A stretch of DNA of 64,000 nucleotides from a virus. This document shows, in pieces, positions 8,839-19,828 of this stretch (position 1 is the stretch's first letter; each line of letters begins with the position of its first letter). The position numbers and the translations under genes are program-made. Location: positions 28,399 to 92,398 of the IMG/VR virus record IMGVR_UViG_3300037484_000104; one strand, 5' to 3'. The notes below the pieces were generated by a model that was not told where the DNA came from, made no database searches, and worked only from the letters and a program-made list of their open reading frames with translations.

Positions 8839-11029
8839 GTAGAATTTTTATAGTATTTTTAACTTTTAAATACTTTTTTGTCTTAGTTTCCGGGATAGGA
8901 GTTACCCACTTCTTTGTTTTCTTAAATGGACTTCTTAAAGGATTATACCTTCTAATCCATTTAGTAAATTCCCAGATATTCTCACTAATTATAGTGGAGG
9001 TAGTTTCGTCAAATCTCTTCTTTATAAGAGGGGATAGTTGTTCTACACCTTTCTTAATAACTTTAGGTATTACCACTATTTTGGCCTCTAGGAAGCCTTT
9101 GGTTGGATTATCTTTCTTTTCTGGTATAAGTATACCATCTGGAACGATCTCTTCACTACGGTGCTTAAATAGGGCAAAATCAAGGACTTCTGTAACAGAT
9201 GCTTGAAATTTATGATAAGATCTATTAATAGCTTTCTCTAATGTTGGAGAAATTACTGTAGATACAAATCCTGCTTTACCACTTCCATCTGGAACATGTT
9301 TTTCTATTGTTACTACAAATTCTTTAAAGTTTTCTTTTGATATCTTATTAGAGTTACCACTGTGCTTTTTACGTAATGACTTCTTCTGATTTTTAGTTTT
9401 TATCTTTTTAGTAATTACTAAGTCAGAAGTGACTGGTACAAATACCATTTCATATGTAGGCGGTATTCCCTTTATCGGATCAGCTTTGACAATTACTATA
9501 TTATTAAATTGACCTAAACATTTTTCACCATAAATAGGATCAAAATCTTGTGTAACTTCATTCCATTCCCAATCAATAATTGGACTACCTTTGATTAAAT
9601 CTGTTCTTTTTTCAAAAGGAATTACTTCTATAATAGTCTTTATGTTATTGTGATTAGAAGATACCTTCTTTGGAGATTTCTCTCTAGGGATGTATATTCC
9701 ATTATCACCATTTGCTGGAGTAAACGACTTACCATATTTTACTTTCTGTAGCTTCCTTGCTTCAGATTTAGTAAAGAATTTGTATTTATATGGAGATTTT
9801 TTAACTAACTTATCAGCTAATCTCCAATATACTCTTTTAATCTTATCTCCAATAATTGTTCCTACCCAAACTAATCTATTTTCAGATAAATCAGTTTTAG
9901 TTACTTTACTTGGACTCCACTTATACGGAGCTTTAGGAGGAAAAGATGTAGCAGTAAGTGCTCTTTCTGATTTTGTTATTAGTTGAACTTTTAATATACC
10001 AATTTTTTGCTTCTGTTTTTTTTGAGTAACAGGGTACATCTTGTCTTCTTTACCTTGAATATATAATTCATTACCCAGTAAATCCTTAACTGGGACTATT
10101 GACTTTTTTTTAGTCATAATTTCTTTATGTTGCGATTTGTATAATTCCGAATCTACTAACTTATCTGGAATGTCTTTTTTAATTGTTCCAGAATTTACTA
10201 ATTCCATCCATACTTGTTTACGAAGTACTTCATCTGTCATTAGTACATCTTCTTTTTTATAGTCTGTGAAGATATAGACTTGATCTTTTGAATTTACGTG
10301 ATCAAATGGAGTAGCATACTTCGAGTTATTCTCTATTTCAAATTCACATCCACCACCAGTGATTCTATATAGTGCTCCATTTATCTCTAATATTTTTCCC
10401 ATTCGTCTGATATGACGATTAGATTCATCTGGATATATATCTTGATTTAAAGTCATATTAGTTAATAACTCTTCAGCTTGATCAGTACTATATATACCAC
10501 TAGATCTATAGATATTGTCTTTATTATAACCAGGAACTATAATTTGTCTAATAGGATGAGATGAATGAACTCCCATTCCAATCCATTTATTTGAATCACT
10601 TTTTATTCCTTCTACATAGAAGTAATAGAGTTTCATCTTTGATATTTTTTGATTGATTGTTTCATAACTATAATCTTTATAACCTCTCCCATATCTATTT
10701 TTGGATAGTTTATATGACCAATAACTCCATTTTACAGTAATAGGAAATCGAAATGAACAATTATTACGTAATTCTGCCGTTTTTGTTGGAATATTTATAT
10801 ATACAATAGTGTCATCATGAACTACTCTAACATATCCAATCTTAAGCATTTGTTTAATTCGATCTATTGTTAAATCTTCAAATCCTTTTGTCTTAGTCCA
10901 ATATATAGTTTTAACTATTCCTTCAGTTTTAACTAAGGATATATACTCGAACTCAAAATTATCTGTAAATTCATCAATAGTTGGAAGTCGATAATCATCG
11001 AACTTATTCCAGTTTACTATTTTTTCCAT
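8831..11029 (-). CDS. large Lys-rich hypothetical protein
   Basis: 732 aa ORF; N-terminal YRLPTIDEFTDNFEFEY resembles ORF 34267. Confidence 0.65.
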   Translation of the reverse strand: MEKIVNWNKFDDYRLPTIDEFTDNFEFEYISLVKTEGIVKTIYWTKTKGFEDLTIDRIKQMLKIGYVRVVHDDTIVYINIPTKTAELRNNCSFRFPITVKWSYWSYKLSKNRYGRGYKDYSYETINQKISKMKLYYFYVEGIKSDSNKWIGMGVHSSHPIRQIIVPGYNKDNIYRSSGIYSTDQAEELLTNMTLNQDIYPDESNRHIRRMGKILEINGALYRITGGGCEFEIENNSKYATPFDHVNSKDQVYIFTDYKKEDVLMTDEVLRKQVWMELVNSGTIKKDIPDKLVDSELYKSQHKEIMTKKKSIVPVKDLLGNELYIQGKEDKMYPVTQKKQKQKIGILKVQLITKSERALTATSFPPKAPYKWSPSKVTKTDLSENRLVWVGTIIGDKIKRVYWRLADKLVKKSPYKYKFFTKSEARKLQKVKYGKSFTPANGDNGIYIPREKSPKKVSSNHNNIKTIIEVIPFEKRTDLIKGSPIIDWEWNEVTQDFDPIYGEKCLGQFNNIVIVKADPIKGIPPTYEMVFVPVTSDLVITKKIKTKNQKKSLRKKHSGNSNKISKENFKEFVVTIEKHVPDGSGKAGFVSTVISPTLEKAINRSYHKFQASVTEVLDFALFKHRSEEIVPDGILIPEKKDNPTKGFLEAKIVVIPKVIKKGVEQLSPLIKKRFDETTSTIISENIWEFTKWIRRYNPLRSPFKKTKKWVTPIPETKTKKYLKVKNTIKILHE

Positions 11030-11552
11030 TTTTGATATTCTTTAAATACCATTCGTACCCAAAGATTCTACCTTCTAGTTTAAGTTTGGCTTTTCTTCTT
11101 TGTTTACAATTTAATTTCTTTTCCATTGTTGATTTTCTATGTATAAAACAATTTGAATTTTCTGGTTGACAAATATTTGGACTTAATTTAACTAATTTAT
11201 CAAATTTAATACAAGCCGATCCCTCTCTGTTTAAGTATTTACAGTCATTACAATTTGTATCTATTAATTGACACTCATGTGATTCAAATTGTTTAGATTT
11301 TTGTAATAGATCTTTATGGATAGGTTTCCATATAAATGGAGTCCAATAGCTTATTCTTATTGCTATTGTATCTATACTTAATAATACTCCAGATTCACAA
11401 CAATATTTAGATGGAATCCAATATTTATGAAAAAGATTATTAAAGAATTGTTGTCTATCTGGTTTTTCTTTTATCCACTTTTCATAGAATTCACTTAAAT
11501 TATCTGAAAAACATGCTTGGATAAAGTAATCTTTTTCGGATAACTGTTTCAT
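11004..11552 (-). CDS. Cys-rich hypothetical protein
   Basis: CQLIDTNCNDCKYL...C...CQPENSNCFIHR. Confidence 0.6.
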   Translation of the reverse strand: MKQLSEKDYFIQACFSDNLSEFYEKWIKEKPDRQQFFNNLFHKYWIPSKYCCESGVLLSIDTIAIRISYWTPFIWKPIHKDLLQKSKQFESHECQLIDTNCNDCKYLNREGSACIKFDKLVKLSPNICQPENSNCFIHRKSTMEKKLNCKQRRKAKLKLEGRIFGYEWYLKNIKNGKNSKLE

Positions 11553-11553
11553 A

Positions 11554-12306
11554 TTACCAATTTATTATTGATTTGTTTTGACTCTCTAATATTTGATTAG
11601 TCTTAGAGAAATGTTTACATCCAAAGAATCCTGTATAAGCACTGAATGGACTTGGATGTGCTGCTTCCAATATGTAGTGTTTAGATTGATCTATTAATCT
11701 TTTACACTTTTGAGCATGTTTACCCCATAGTATAAATACTATTCCTGATTCACTAAATTGCGATATTCTTTGTATAGTAACATCAGTTAGTATATTCCAT
11801 CCTATATCTAAATGAGAATTAGGTTGTCCTTCTCTTACTGTAAGACTAGTGTTAAGTAGTAATACTCCTTGTTCAGCCCATCTAGTTAAATCACCATGTT
11901 CTGGTATAGGTGTGGCTAAATCACTATCTAATTCCTTAAATATGTTCTGTAATGATGGAGGTATTTTACAACCTTCCTGTACACTAAATGCTAAACCATG
12001 TGCTTGATTAGGACCATGATATGGATCCTGACCTATTATAACAACTTTTATCTTTTCAAATGGAGTTGTATTATAAGCATTAAATATATCTGTAAAATAA
12101 GGATATATCTGCTTACATGGAGTAGTTCTAGTATCATATTTAGGATTATGAGGTAGTAAGTTAGATAATTTGATATCTATAATTGGTTGCCAATTTAACT
12201 CTTCTTTTAATGCTTTCATTGTAGCACTAAAATAAGGAGACTCGAAGTAATCCTTTAATAAAGAGTACCACGAGTCTTCTATTTGTAATATATCAACTTT
12301 TTTCAT
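11554..12306 (-). CDS. ung: uracil-DNA glycosylase family 1
   Basis: GQDPYH, AHGLAFSV, PPSLQNI, GVLLLN, HPSPFS. Confidence 0.96.
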   Translation of the reverse strand: MKKVDILQIEDSWYSLLKDYFESPYFSATMKALKEELNWQPIIDIKLSNLLPHNPKYDTRTTPCKQIYPYFTDIFNAYNTTPFEKIKVVIIGQDPYHGPNQAHGLAFSVQEGCKIPPSLQNIFKELDSDLATPIPEHGDLTRWAEQGVLLLNTSLTVREGQPNSHLDIGWNILTDVTIQRISQFSESGIVFILWGKHAQKCKRLIDQSKHYILEAAHPSPFSAYTGFFGCKHFSKTNQILESQNKSIINW

Positions 12307-12533
12307 GAGTTAGATATAATCAATTCAAGTTCCTTCTTTCTACTCCAGTAGTAATCAGAATTTATATAATCTTTTGATAATTCTAATTCTGATAATCGAA
12401 TAGGAGCTTCACATGTTTGACAAATAGTTATATCAGTTGATTCTAACTTTGTCCAATCTTCACTTGTCATGTTCTTTGTAGATCTTATAAGCACATTACA
12501 AAGATCACATATTATTCCTGATAATTTTTTCAT
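12303..12533 (-). CDS. small Zn-finger-like protein
   Basis: CDLC...CQTC. Confidence 0.5.
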   Translation of the reverse strand: MKKLSGIICDLCNVLIRSTKNMTSEDWTKLESTDITICQTCEAPIRLSELELSKDYINSDYYWSRKKELELIISNS

Positions 12534-12631
12534 TATCCAAAGTTTAAGTCATTATTGTCTCCAGTATTACCTGATAGTAGATAGTAAACTAGTGCTATCA
12601 CTAATACTGACACTATAAATAATTCTGTCAT

Positions 12632-13636
12632 TTAAAAATCCTCCAATATAATTGGTGTATTAGTTGTATAACCTCTTTTTTTATCAAGAAGTTGAAATTG
12701 CATCATAGGAACTTCTGGAGTAAATCCAAATGCCCTACTCATTTCGTTATATCCTATTACAGCTCCGTTGATACGAACTTTAGGACTAACAATGTATCTA
12801 TGCCAATGACCTATCCAAGCCATATCGAAAGGCATTACAGCATTTTCACGATAAGACCATTTATTTAAACCTACTTCTATTCCACCTATTCCTCCTTGAT
12901 AATTAAAATGATTACCATGAGAGAATTTGTTTATCTTACCATAAATATTATAGTAGATATATGGAGATTCGGATATAATGAATTCTACGTTTGTAAACCC
13001 AGCATTCTTGAAATAGTCTGATAAATGTTGATATATAATTGCTTCAAATGAAGTATCGAATGTATTCTTAAAGTGATTCTTTTTAGTAGTTCTACTATGG
13101 TTACCTATGGAACAAGGTATTACTATATTTACTAGATCACCCATTTCAGCGATAGTCTTAATACCTCTAGTCAGTAATTGCTCTACTAAAAGAGTGGCCC
13201 TTACAGGAGTCATTGAATTTGTTTCAATTAATTCATCGTGAATCCATCCAGAGATGAAGTCACCTACTAAATGAAGAACTAGATTGTCGATCTTAATTCC
13301 TGCTCTACGTTGAAGTCTTATCATATAGATAAGTCTAGTGAAATATCTTTCTAACCGTAATTCAGCAATTTCTGGATTATAGGAATTAAGTTTATTAGTA
13401 ATATTAGGATTAACTATCTCATCAATATGAACATCTCCTAATTGTGTAATTACTGTACACTCTTCTTTATAGGATCTATTAGCTTTGATTACATAGGAAT
13501 CTAAATTAGTTAAATTCTCTATTTTAATAGATTCTATTACAGATCTAGCAGCTTTAAGTTCATCTACTTCCTTCTGTAATATTCCTATTTGTTTTGTCTG
13601 TTTTTTATCTACTAATAGTTTTTTTGATTTTGCCAT
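12632..13636 (-). CDS. calcineurin-like metallophosphoesterase
   Basis: GDVH, VGDF, GNHSR, SHG, GHWH motifs. Confidence 0.85.
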   Translation of the reverse strand: MAKSKKLLVDKKQTKQIGILQKEVDELKAARSVIESIKIENLTNLDSYVIKANRSYKEECTVITQLGDVHIDEIVNPNITNKLNSYNPEIAELRLERYFTRLIYMIRLQRRAGIKIDNLVLHLVGDFISGWIHDELIETNSMTPVRATLLVEQLLTRGIKTIAEMGDLVNIVIPCSIGNHSRTTKKNHFKNTFDTSFEAIIYQHLSDYFKNAGFTNVEFIISESPYIYYNIYGKINKFSHGNHFNYQGGIGGIEVGLNKWSYRENAVMPFDMAWIGHWHRYIVSPKVRINGAVIGYNEMSRAFGFTPEVPMMQFQLLDKKRGYTTNTPIILEDF

Positions 13637-13858
13637 TTCCGATAGATTTTAATTAAACACTCATTGTTGATTTAAGGATATTGTATATATTCTTAGATTG
13701 TTTTGTAATCGACTTTTTATCAACAACTTTTATTGTATAATGACCCCCTGCTCTTACTCCAGTATAAGGTATCTTTAAAGATTTTGTTGTAGCACTATCT
13801 GAAGCTAATTTAAGAGTCTGTTTGATTATAGATTGTAACTTTCTTTTTGATAAAGTTG

Positions 13859-14077
13859 TCATTTTCTTAAAGCTTTTTGTTTATCTTCCTCACTAGATGG
13901 GAAGAATTTCCAATCTCTTATGTTCCAACTATTAAATAATTTGTGAAGGAATCCTATTGATTTAAATCCTTGTTCGCTTGATTTAATGAACTTACGGATT
14001 TGTTTGTTAGCTGCTCGTTTATCTGAACGATGTGCTTTGTCTGTAAATACAGCAGTCTTTTTAGTGGAATTACTCAT
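13859..14077 (-). CDS. small basic hypothetical protein
   Basis: KRAANKQIRK...NSWNIRDW. Confidence 0.55.
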   Translation of the reverse strand: MSNSTKKTAVFTDKAHRSDKRAANKQIRKFIKSSEQGFKSIGFLHKLFNSWNIRDWKFFPSSEEDKQKALRK

Positions 14078-14460
14078 TACGTTTCAATTAATTCTCGTTT
14101 AACTCCTAGTTTTGCTAAAAATCTTACATGATTATTATAAGAACGTACGTATCTTAAATCTTTTGAAATAAATACCCATTCATGTATTCTTCTATGAGCT
14201 ACGGATATAATAGAACTATTTTCTTTGTAACCAAGTAGATTTTTTATTTCTTTTGCTGGAGTATCAAATATTTCAATTAACCAATATGTAATAAATTGTT
14301 TACATATAACTGAATCATCTTTTTGAGAATCAATTATATCAGAAAGTTTTAATTTGTAATAATCTAATAAAAAAGCAATGATATCTTCTTTATTTAGATT
14401 GTCTATAGACAATAGTTTTACTTCCATTGTTTCTAGATCTATTCTTAAATCTAGTATCAT
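14077..14460 (-). CDS. putative HTH protein, DnaA C-terminal-like
   Basis: CKQFITYWL...AKEIKNLLGYKENSSIISVAHRRI. Confidence 0.4.
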   Translation of the reverse strand: MILDLRIDLETMEVKLLSIDNLNKEDIIAFLLDYYKLKLSDIIDSQKDDSVICKQFITYWLIEIFDTPAKEIKNLLGYKENSSIISVAHRRIHEWVFISKDLRYVRSYNNHVRFLAKLGVKRELIET

Positions 14461-14579
14461 GTTTTTGATATTTATGATAAATAAAAATAGGATTACAATA
14501 TATTAAGACTTGACCACTCAAACAAAAAGTAATTACTTTAGTTAATTATGGCTTAATATACTATAATCCTATAAATGTT

Positions 14580-15038
14580 TTAATCGAGAGTTATTGTGAT
14601 TTTTTGTAAGAGATCTTCAGATATTTCTATTTTGACCTTCTTTTCATTGTTAAATTTACTTAACTTATTAGACAAGTTATCTCTTTCTCTGTCTATATTC
14701 TTTATTTTTGTTGTATGATCAACATTGTATTTCTTGTCACTAATTTTTAAATCACCTAGAAAATTACGAAATATTGTAAGTTCAGATAATAACTTTATGT
14801 TATCACTGTTACACCTATCTTCTCCCTTACCTTTCTTGAGATTAACTTCTTGAATAGAAGTATTTAGAGTTATAACTAATTCAGTTATCTCATCTCTGAG
14901 AAGCTCTAATTCTACAATCTTGGAATCTGTTGGATTTTTTTCATAAATTTCTTTTATTTCTGCATAAGTCTCGTTTCTAGTGTTTTCCAGCGCTTTCTTA
15001 AGCTGCACTGCTTTCACTAGACTAATTGTCTTTTTCAT
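14580..15038 (-). CDS. coiled-coil protein (DIP1984-like pattern)
   Basis: ISLVKAVQLKKAL...IQEVN...LSKFN. Confidence 0.4.
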   Translation of the reverse strand: MKKTISLVKAVQLKKALENTRNETYAEIKEIYEKNPTDSKIVELELLRDEITELVITLNTSIQEVNLKKGKGEDRCNSDNIKLLSELTIFRNFLGDLKISDKKYNVDHTTKIKNIDRERDNLSNKLSKFNNEKKVKIEISEDLLQKITITLD

Positions 15039-15084
15039 GGGATCGTTGAATAGCGGGCTTTATTAGGCCCTTATTTGAGATTTC

Positions 15085-15759
15085 TTATAGTAGTGATATA
15101 AACGTATTAACTTCAGCTATAGTTATAATTGAGTCTTTGTTTAGATCAAATCTTCTGTTATGTTTGTATATTTCAGTACGATTTGAATGGCGAGTTTCAA
15201 TAATAGTTGAATCATGTTTTCCAATCATTGCAGGAACAAATGTAGCCATATATAGAGTAGACTCTTTTACATGTTTCTTTCCTTTCAATGCTTTCTTGTA
15301 GTATAAATGTACAAAATCTAATTGTTCAGATGTTGACATATTATATAACTTTTCAGTAGTAGTTCCTAGACTAATTGCTGTACTAGGTATAAATTGTATT
15401 AGACCTACTGCTCTTCCTTTACTGATTCTTAAGCTATCATCTTTAGGATCATTGGTCTGTCTATTAACAGCTTTAGTACTTCCTCCAGATTCTGCTCTTA
15501 TTATTTTATAAAGCCATTTGGTTTTTATTCCTAAATCATCTGCTATCTTTCTCACTTTTCTTCTATCAGACTTTGTAAACTTGTCTAACATTTTATAATG
15601 AGTAAGAATTGTAACATCAATAGAGTCTTTATTTATCTCTAATGGAGTTATTACAGATTCTTGGTTTAAGATCTGTTTCTGCACTTGAGGTATTGATAAT
15701 TCAGGTGCAAATAGTGAATTAAACCAAAACATTAGGAATACGAATATGTATTGTTTCAT
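15085..15759 (-). CDS. lytic transglycosylase (SLT-like) with N-terminal signal/TM segment
   Basis: IRAESGG catalytic Glu, AVGLIQF, EQLDFV..Y; likely start MKQYIFVFLMFW at 15759. Confidence 0.8.
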   Translation of the reverse strand: MKQYIFVFLMFWFNSLFAPELSIPQVQKQILNQESVITPLEINKDSIDVTILTHYKMLDKFTKSDRRKVRKIADDLGIKTKWLYKIIRAESGGSTKAVNRQTNDPKDDSLRISKGRAVGLIQFIPSTAISLGTTTEKLYNMSTSEQLDFVHLYYKKALKGKKHVKESTLYMATFVPAMIGKHDSTIIETRHSNRTEIYKHNRRFDLNKDSIITIAEVNTFISLL

Positions 15760-15815
15760 ATTAGTTGTTTTGGTTTGACATAGCTTTCTATTTCTAAAAA
15801 GCATTAACGGTGTTA

Positions 15816-15844
15816 TTATACGTAAGGCTTTAGATAAGGGTTTA
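15816..15844 (-). promoter_or_regulatory. putative promoter TAAAC-N17-CGTATAA
   Basis: same -35/-10 pattern as 32823 and 33379; about 56 nt upstream of ATG 15759. Confidence 0.4.
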
Positions 15845-16017
15845 CGATAATCACTAGTTATATTTGCTTCTAAGCTTTGATGCATAGCTCACCTATATTT
15901 GATATACAGGGTGATAGGACTACCTCGGAAAGGTCATAACTTTAGTCCCAACCCCAGATATTTGAGTATCTGAGGCCAATTTGTGATTAGTTTAAAGTCC
16001 AAGTTCCCCAACTTAGA

Positions 16018-16554
16018 CTAGGTATTTATTAGAGATATGAAGCGAAACCTGTCACTTCTATCCTGTTTACTTTCTAGGTTTAATCGCTTTATATAACTAA
16101 AAGCATCACCTAATCCATTTTTTAATGATACATTCGTAACTCGCAAATTACTTATGACTTCACCAATTGTTATTTTATTTGAATCACCCTTTGGTAATGC
16201 AAACTGAGATCTTTCAACTAACAGCTCTACTTTTGAGCTAGTTCTGATTTTGGTAAATTCGAAGTATATATAATCAATGAGATTCTTACGAGACGATAAT
16301 ATATCTCGAAGGCAGTCATTATACACAACGAAATAATTTTGATTTCCATTTCTATAGTTGCTTAATCTCTTACTGAGTTCAGTAAAAGCTAGTTCAAAAA
16401 TGTTTACTTTATTTCCATAGGAAATCCAGTACTTCTTGAACGTTATATTACCACTATTTGAGATAGTGATATATCTATATTCTGGAAATAATGTTTTTAG
16501 GATAAGCAGTATTCGTTGCCTCCTAAGTTTAGTGATTTCTATTTTTGATTTCAT
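16018..16554 (-). CDS. hypothetical protein
   Basis: 178 aa ORF. Confidence 0.55.
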   Translation of the reverse strand: MKSKIEITKLRRQRILLILKTLFPEYRYITISNSGNITFKKYWISYGNKVNIFELAFTELSKRLSNYRNGNQNYFVVYNDCLRDILSSRKNLIDYIYFEFTKIRTSSKVELLVERSQFALPKGDSNKITIGEVISNLRVTNVSLKNGLGDAFSYIKRLNLESKQDRSDRFRFISLINT

Positions 16555-16594
16555 TTTAAGTATATGATTTATGAAATACTGTTGATCCAGTAAG

Positions 16595-17023
16595 TCAAGT
16601 TCGCCCCAACTTATTCACAGAGTGATATAAGTATAGGTTAAAATGAAGTCTATTTCTTATTCCCAACAATCCTAACGTCTTTGCTTTATCTGGATTAGAG
16701 ACAGATTCATATGTTGTTACAATAGAAGTATATACTTTACTTATTCCAAATATAGGAGTTAGTAAGTTACTACTATTTAAATTTGTTGAATGATTATTAC
16801 TGCATATATCAGCAATACTATTCAAGTAATAATGGAGATTTGTTCCACTATTGATAAAAGAATAGTTTGTATCTAATACGTTTGTTGCTAGCACAACATT
16901 GTTACCAGTACAAGTAGCTAATACAGTAATATCATTCTTTTTTATTGTGTTTGTTGAGGTTGTTATATTTGATAGAAACATACCTAAGAACAAACTGATA
17001 ATAAGAACGATAAACTTTTTCAT
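16595..17023 (-). CDS. secreted/membrane hypothetical protein
   Basis: N-terminal signal-like MKKFIVLIISLFLG. Confidence 0.5.
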   Translation of the reverse strand: MKKFIVLIISLFLGMFLSNITTSTNTIKKNDITVLATCTGNNVVLATNVLDTNYSFINSGTNLHYYLNSIADICSNNHSTNLNSSNLLTPIFGISKVYTSIVTTYESVSNPDKAKTLGLLGIRNRLHFNLYLYHSVNKLGRT

Positions 17024-17027
17024 GATT

Positions 17028-17576
17028 TTAATTTATTAATTTTGTGAAGTTTAAGATGTTTTGATAATCTCGATTGAAACAGTATGATAATATGTCATAC
17101 AAATGATTTTGAAGTAATATGATAGTTAATATAAATACTATGGTAATTACTATTGTTCCTTGCCAATTCATAGAATTTCTAGAGTAGGAAAATAGATAGT
17201 ACACGCCAGATATTAGCAATAATGCTATTAACAGACTTGTTATAAACCTAATTAACGTATCTGCTCTGGCTTTTTTAAATAATTCATCACCGGATATATT
17301 TAAGAATATACACACTTCTTCAATTCTTGTTGAGCTACTAGATAGAGCATCCTGCATAAGTAGGAGTCGTGAATCTCCTTGACTTACTAATTCTTGCATA
17401 ACTTCTGTAGCTTTTGTTATTAATGCATCATCCCCCTTTTGATATCTAGGCATATTTACATTAATTGATGTTTTTACTAATACAGAATCTCCTGTAGCAA
17501 CTTTTTTATCAGTTGTATAAGAAGATAGAGTTATAGCAAATATTGCTGTTAATATAAGATAAAGTAATTTCTTCAT
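17028..17576 (-). CDS. membrane protein
   Basis: signal peptide plus two TM helices. Confidence 0.6.
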   Translation of the reverse strand: MKKLLYLILTAIFAITLSSYTTDKKVATGDSVLVKTSINVNMPRYQKGDDALITKATEVMQELVSQGDSRLLLMQDALSSSSTRIEEVCIFLNISGDELFKKARADTLIRFITSLLIALLLISGVYYLFSYSRNSMNWQGTIVITIVFILTIILLQNHLYDILSYCFNRDYQNILNFTKLIN

Positions 17577-17656
17577 AATAATTTATTTGATTAGATTGAT
17601 AATAAAGAAAAGAATTAGAGACTACTCAATTAAGAGTAATCCCTAATAATTTGTGA

Positions 17657-18157
17657 TTAGAAGCGTTTATTTGCAATAAGTTCTTCCATATAGGTTTTTT
17701 GAGACCGGATATCCTGAAGAATTTCAGCTTGTTTCTCTTCTTCTTTCTTGATCTTCTTTAATTCGTTGATACACAAAGTTTCGTATTTTTCAATACAATC
17801 ATCCTTTGAAAAGAAGTACCAAGGTCCTTTGCTAAGGATACGAGATCTTTGTAATGGAAGATCAATTTCGTTGTTAATAGAAACGAATCCCCTTTTTTTA
17901 AAGGATTGACTATCAACTTCAATTGTACGAACCATAAATCCGTCAAATCGTGGAGCACCATTATTACGTTCATCGTCTTTGATTGAACGAACTGTTATTT
18001 CAAAAATTACTCCTTCGTTATTAGCAATATCATGAAGAAATTCACTACGAAGTCTTTTGAGTTCATTATCGGTTAATTCACGAGCATCGTTATCAAATAA
18101 ACTTTCTTTTGTTGATTCTTCTGAATCATTCTGATCGATCAATTGTACTTTGGCCAT
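17657..18157 (-). CDS. hypothetical protein
   Basis: 166 aa ORF. Confidence 0.6.
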   Translation of the reverse strand: MAKVQLIDQNDSEESTKESLFDNDARELTDNELKRLRSEFLHDIANNEGVIFEITVRSIKDDERNNGAPRFDGFMVRTIEVDSQSFKKRGFVSINNEIDLPLQRSRILSKGPWYFFSKDDCIEKYETLCINELKKIKKEEEKQAEILQDIRSQKTYMEELIANKRF

Positions 18158-18164
18158 AATTTTG

Positions 18165-18602
18165 TTATTTAAAATTTAAAACGTTTTTGATTTTAGTGAT
18201 AATTGTTAATAAATTTGATTTTTTAGGTAGATTTGACTCTTCCCCAAGAGTAAATATTTTTTCGAACTTATTTAATTTTCCGATTAAAATTGGATCATCT
18301 ACTTCAATTAAACTTGAAGCAAACTCAATGTTTTCAATACTATTTTGATTTTTGTAATTGATATGTGTTTTGATCCATACATTCGCTAGAGGGGATGATG
18401 TATTACCCCATTTACCTTTGTCACACATCGCTTTCGATGATGCGTAGTTTTTCTTATAAGGTTTAATAAAGATAACTTGTTGTTTTTTATCTCCATCTAT
18501 TACCTCATACACCAATTTGATACCTCCCATTTTGGTATCCTTTATTATTTTACTACCAGAAATTTCGGGAATATCTTGACTAATTATTCTATATTTTGAC
18601 AT
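18165..18602 (-). CDS. hypothetical protein
   Basis: 145 aa ORF. Confidence 0.55.
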   Translation of the reverse strand: MSKYRIISQDIPEISGSKIIKDTKMGGIKLVYEVIDGDKKQQVIFIKPYKKNYASSKAMCDKGKWGNTSSPLANVWIKTHINYKNQNSIENIEFASSLIEVDDPILIGKLNKFEKIFTLGEESNLPKKSNLLTIITKIKNVLNFK

Positions 18603-18620
18603 ATTAATTAGATTAAAGAT

Positions 18621-19828
18621 AAAAAAGTAAGCAGTCCTTTAACAGCAGAAGCCAATTATTGGTCGTTTCTGAGAATTCTGTAACTATTGCTAATTTTGTA
18701 ATTCTACTGCTTATTTGTAATATACGAATGAGCTGTCTATTTTTATATAGACTTACTAGTTTATTGTTTACGATATTTAAATCGTTATAAATACACTATA
18801 TCCTTATGGTTTTCTAAACCTATCACTTATGAGATGATTAAGTCAAGTGTTACGGTATTATTAGCCATATCCGTAGGCCACTTATCTTCTAACTATATGT
18901 CTCCATATTTCACTATGAAGCTGATTAATTCATGTACAACCTTACAGTTGTGTTGCAACTAATCAATAATTATTGATAAATACAAGAAAGTAAATTTGTT
19001 ATTTTTGGTAATATTGTTTGGGAAGGTATTTCTGTAACTCAGAATGAATTACATGGAGATAATGTCTCATATACATTGGATTGTATAGGACGTAAATATC
19101 GACCTTAATTTACACATTTCATTGTATATTGAATTCTATACAACTTCCTTTCAACCTGTCGTAATTGGAATATTCGTACAGTATGTGACTCCAGTTCATT
19201 TTCTTAAGTACTGGTAACAATCAGGTGTTTATACCCATTTCCCAGGGACACCACAAACTGAATTATCTTTTAATACACCAGTGATTTGACACTGAATCTG
19301 AGACCACCTATTTACGATAGGCTCCACGTTCTACGTAGATGTATACTAAAATTACTTCTATAAAATAACCGACTTCTTCTACCGCATTTGTTTGTCAAAG
19401 GGTTTTACTCTAAAGAACACCTACATTTTATGTTAATTTGTCTTCGTTAGCCTTTACACAACCATCTGTTGGGAATCTCACCCTATCGCTAATCATAATG
19501 TTATACAAGAGGTATTATAAACAAATAGTATTAGTATTTGAATTATGTACTAGAAGGAGTTTATCATAGAAATATGAATAACTTCTATAATAAACTCGTT
19601 AATGTAAGATAGTCAAACTGTGAACGAATCACTTTTCTCATTACTGATAGTTTGAACTGAAGTACACTATCTTCTAATAATAGGTCTTTATAATACGAAG
19701 GATCTGCTACAATCCTGACGACTTTAGAGTAATAACTTAGCGCTATGAGTTACCTCGTAGTTATTATTGTTCTCTAGTGAGTTTAATTGTAAGTTGTGTT
19801 GTGTACATTTAAGGATGTACGTTCTCCT
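18621..19828 (-). ncRNA. candidate large structured ncRNA (~1.2 kb); strand inferred from flanking genes
   Basis: no ORF >=60 aa in six frames; many tandem hairpins, several with T-loop-like loops. Confidence 0.5.

Noticed and set aside
18621-19828. CRISPR array or group I/II intron in the long non-coding tract
   Set aside because: No direct repeat-spacer periodicity, no paired P7 R/S motifs and no domain V seen.
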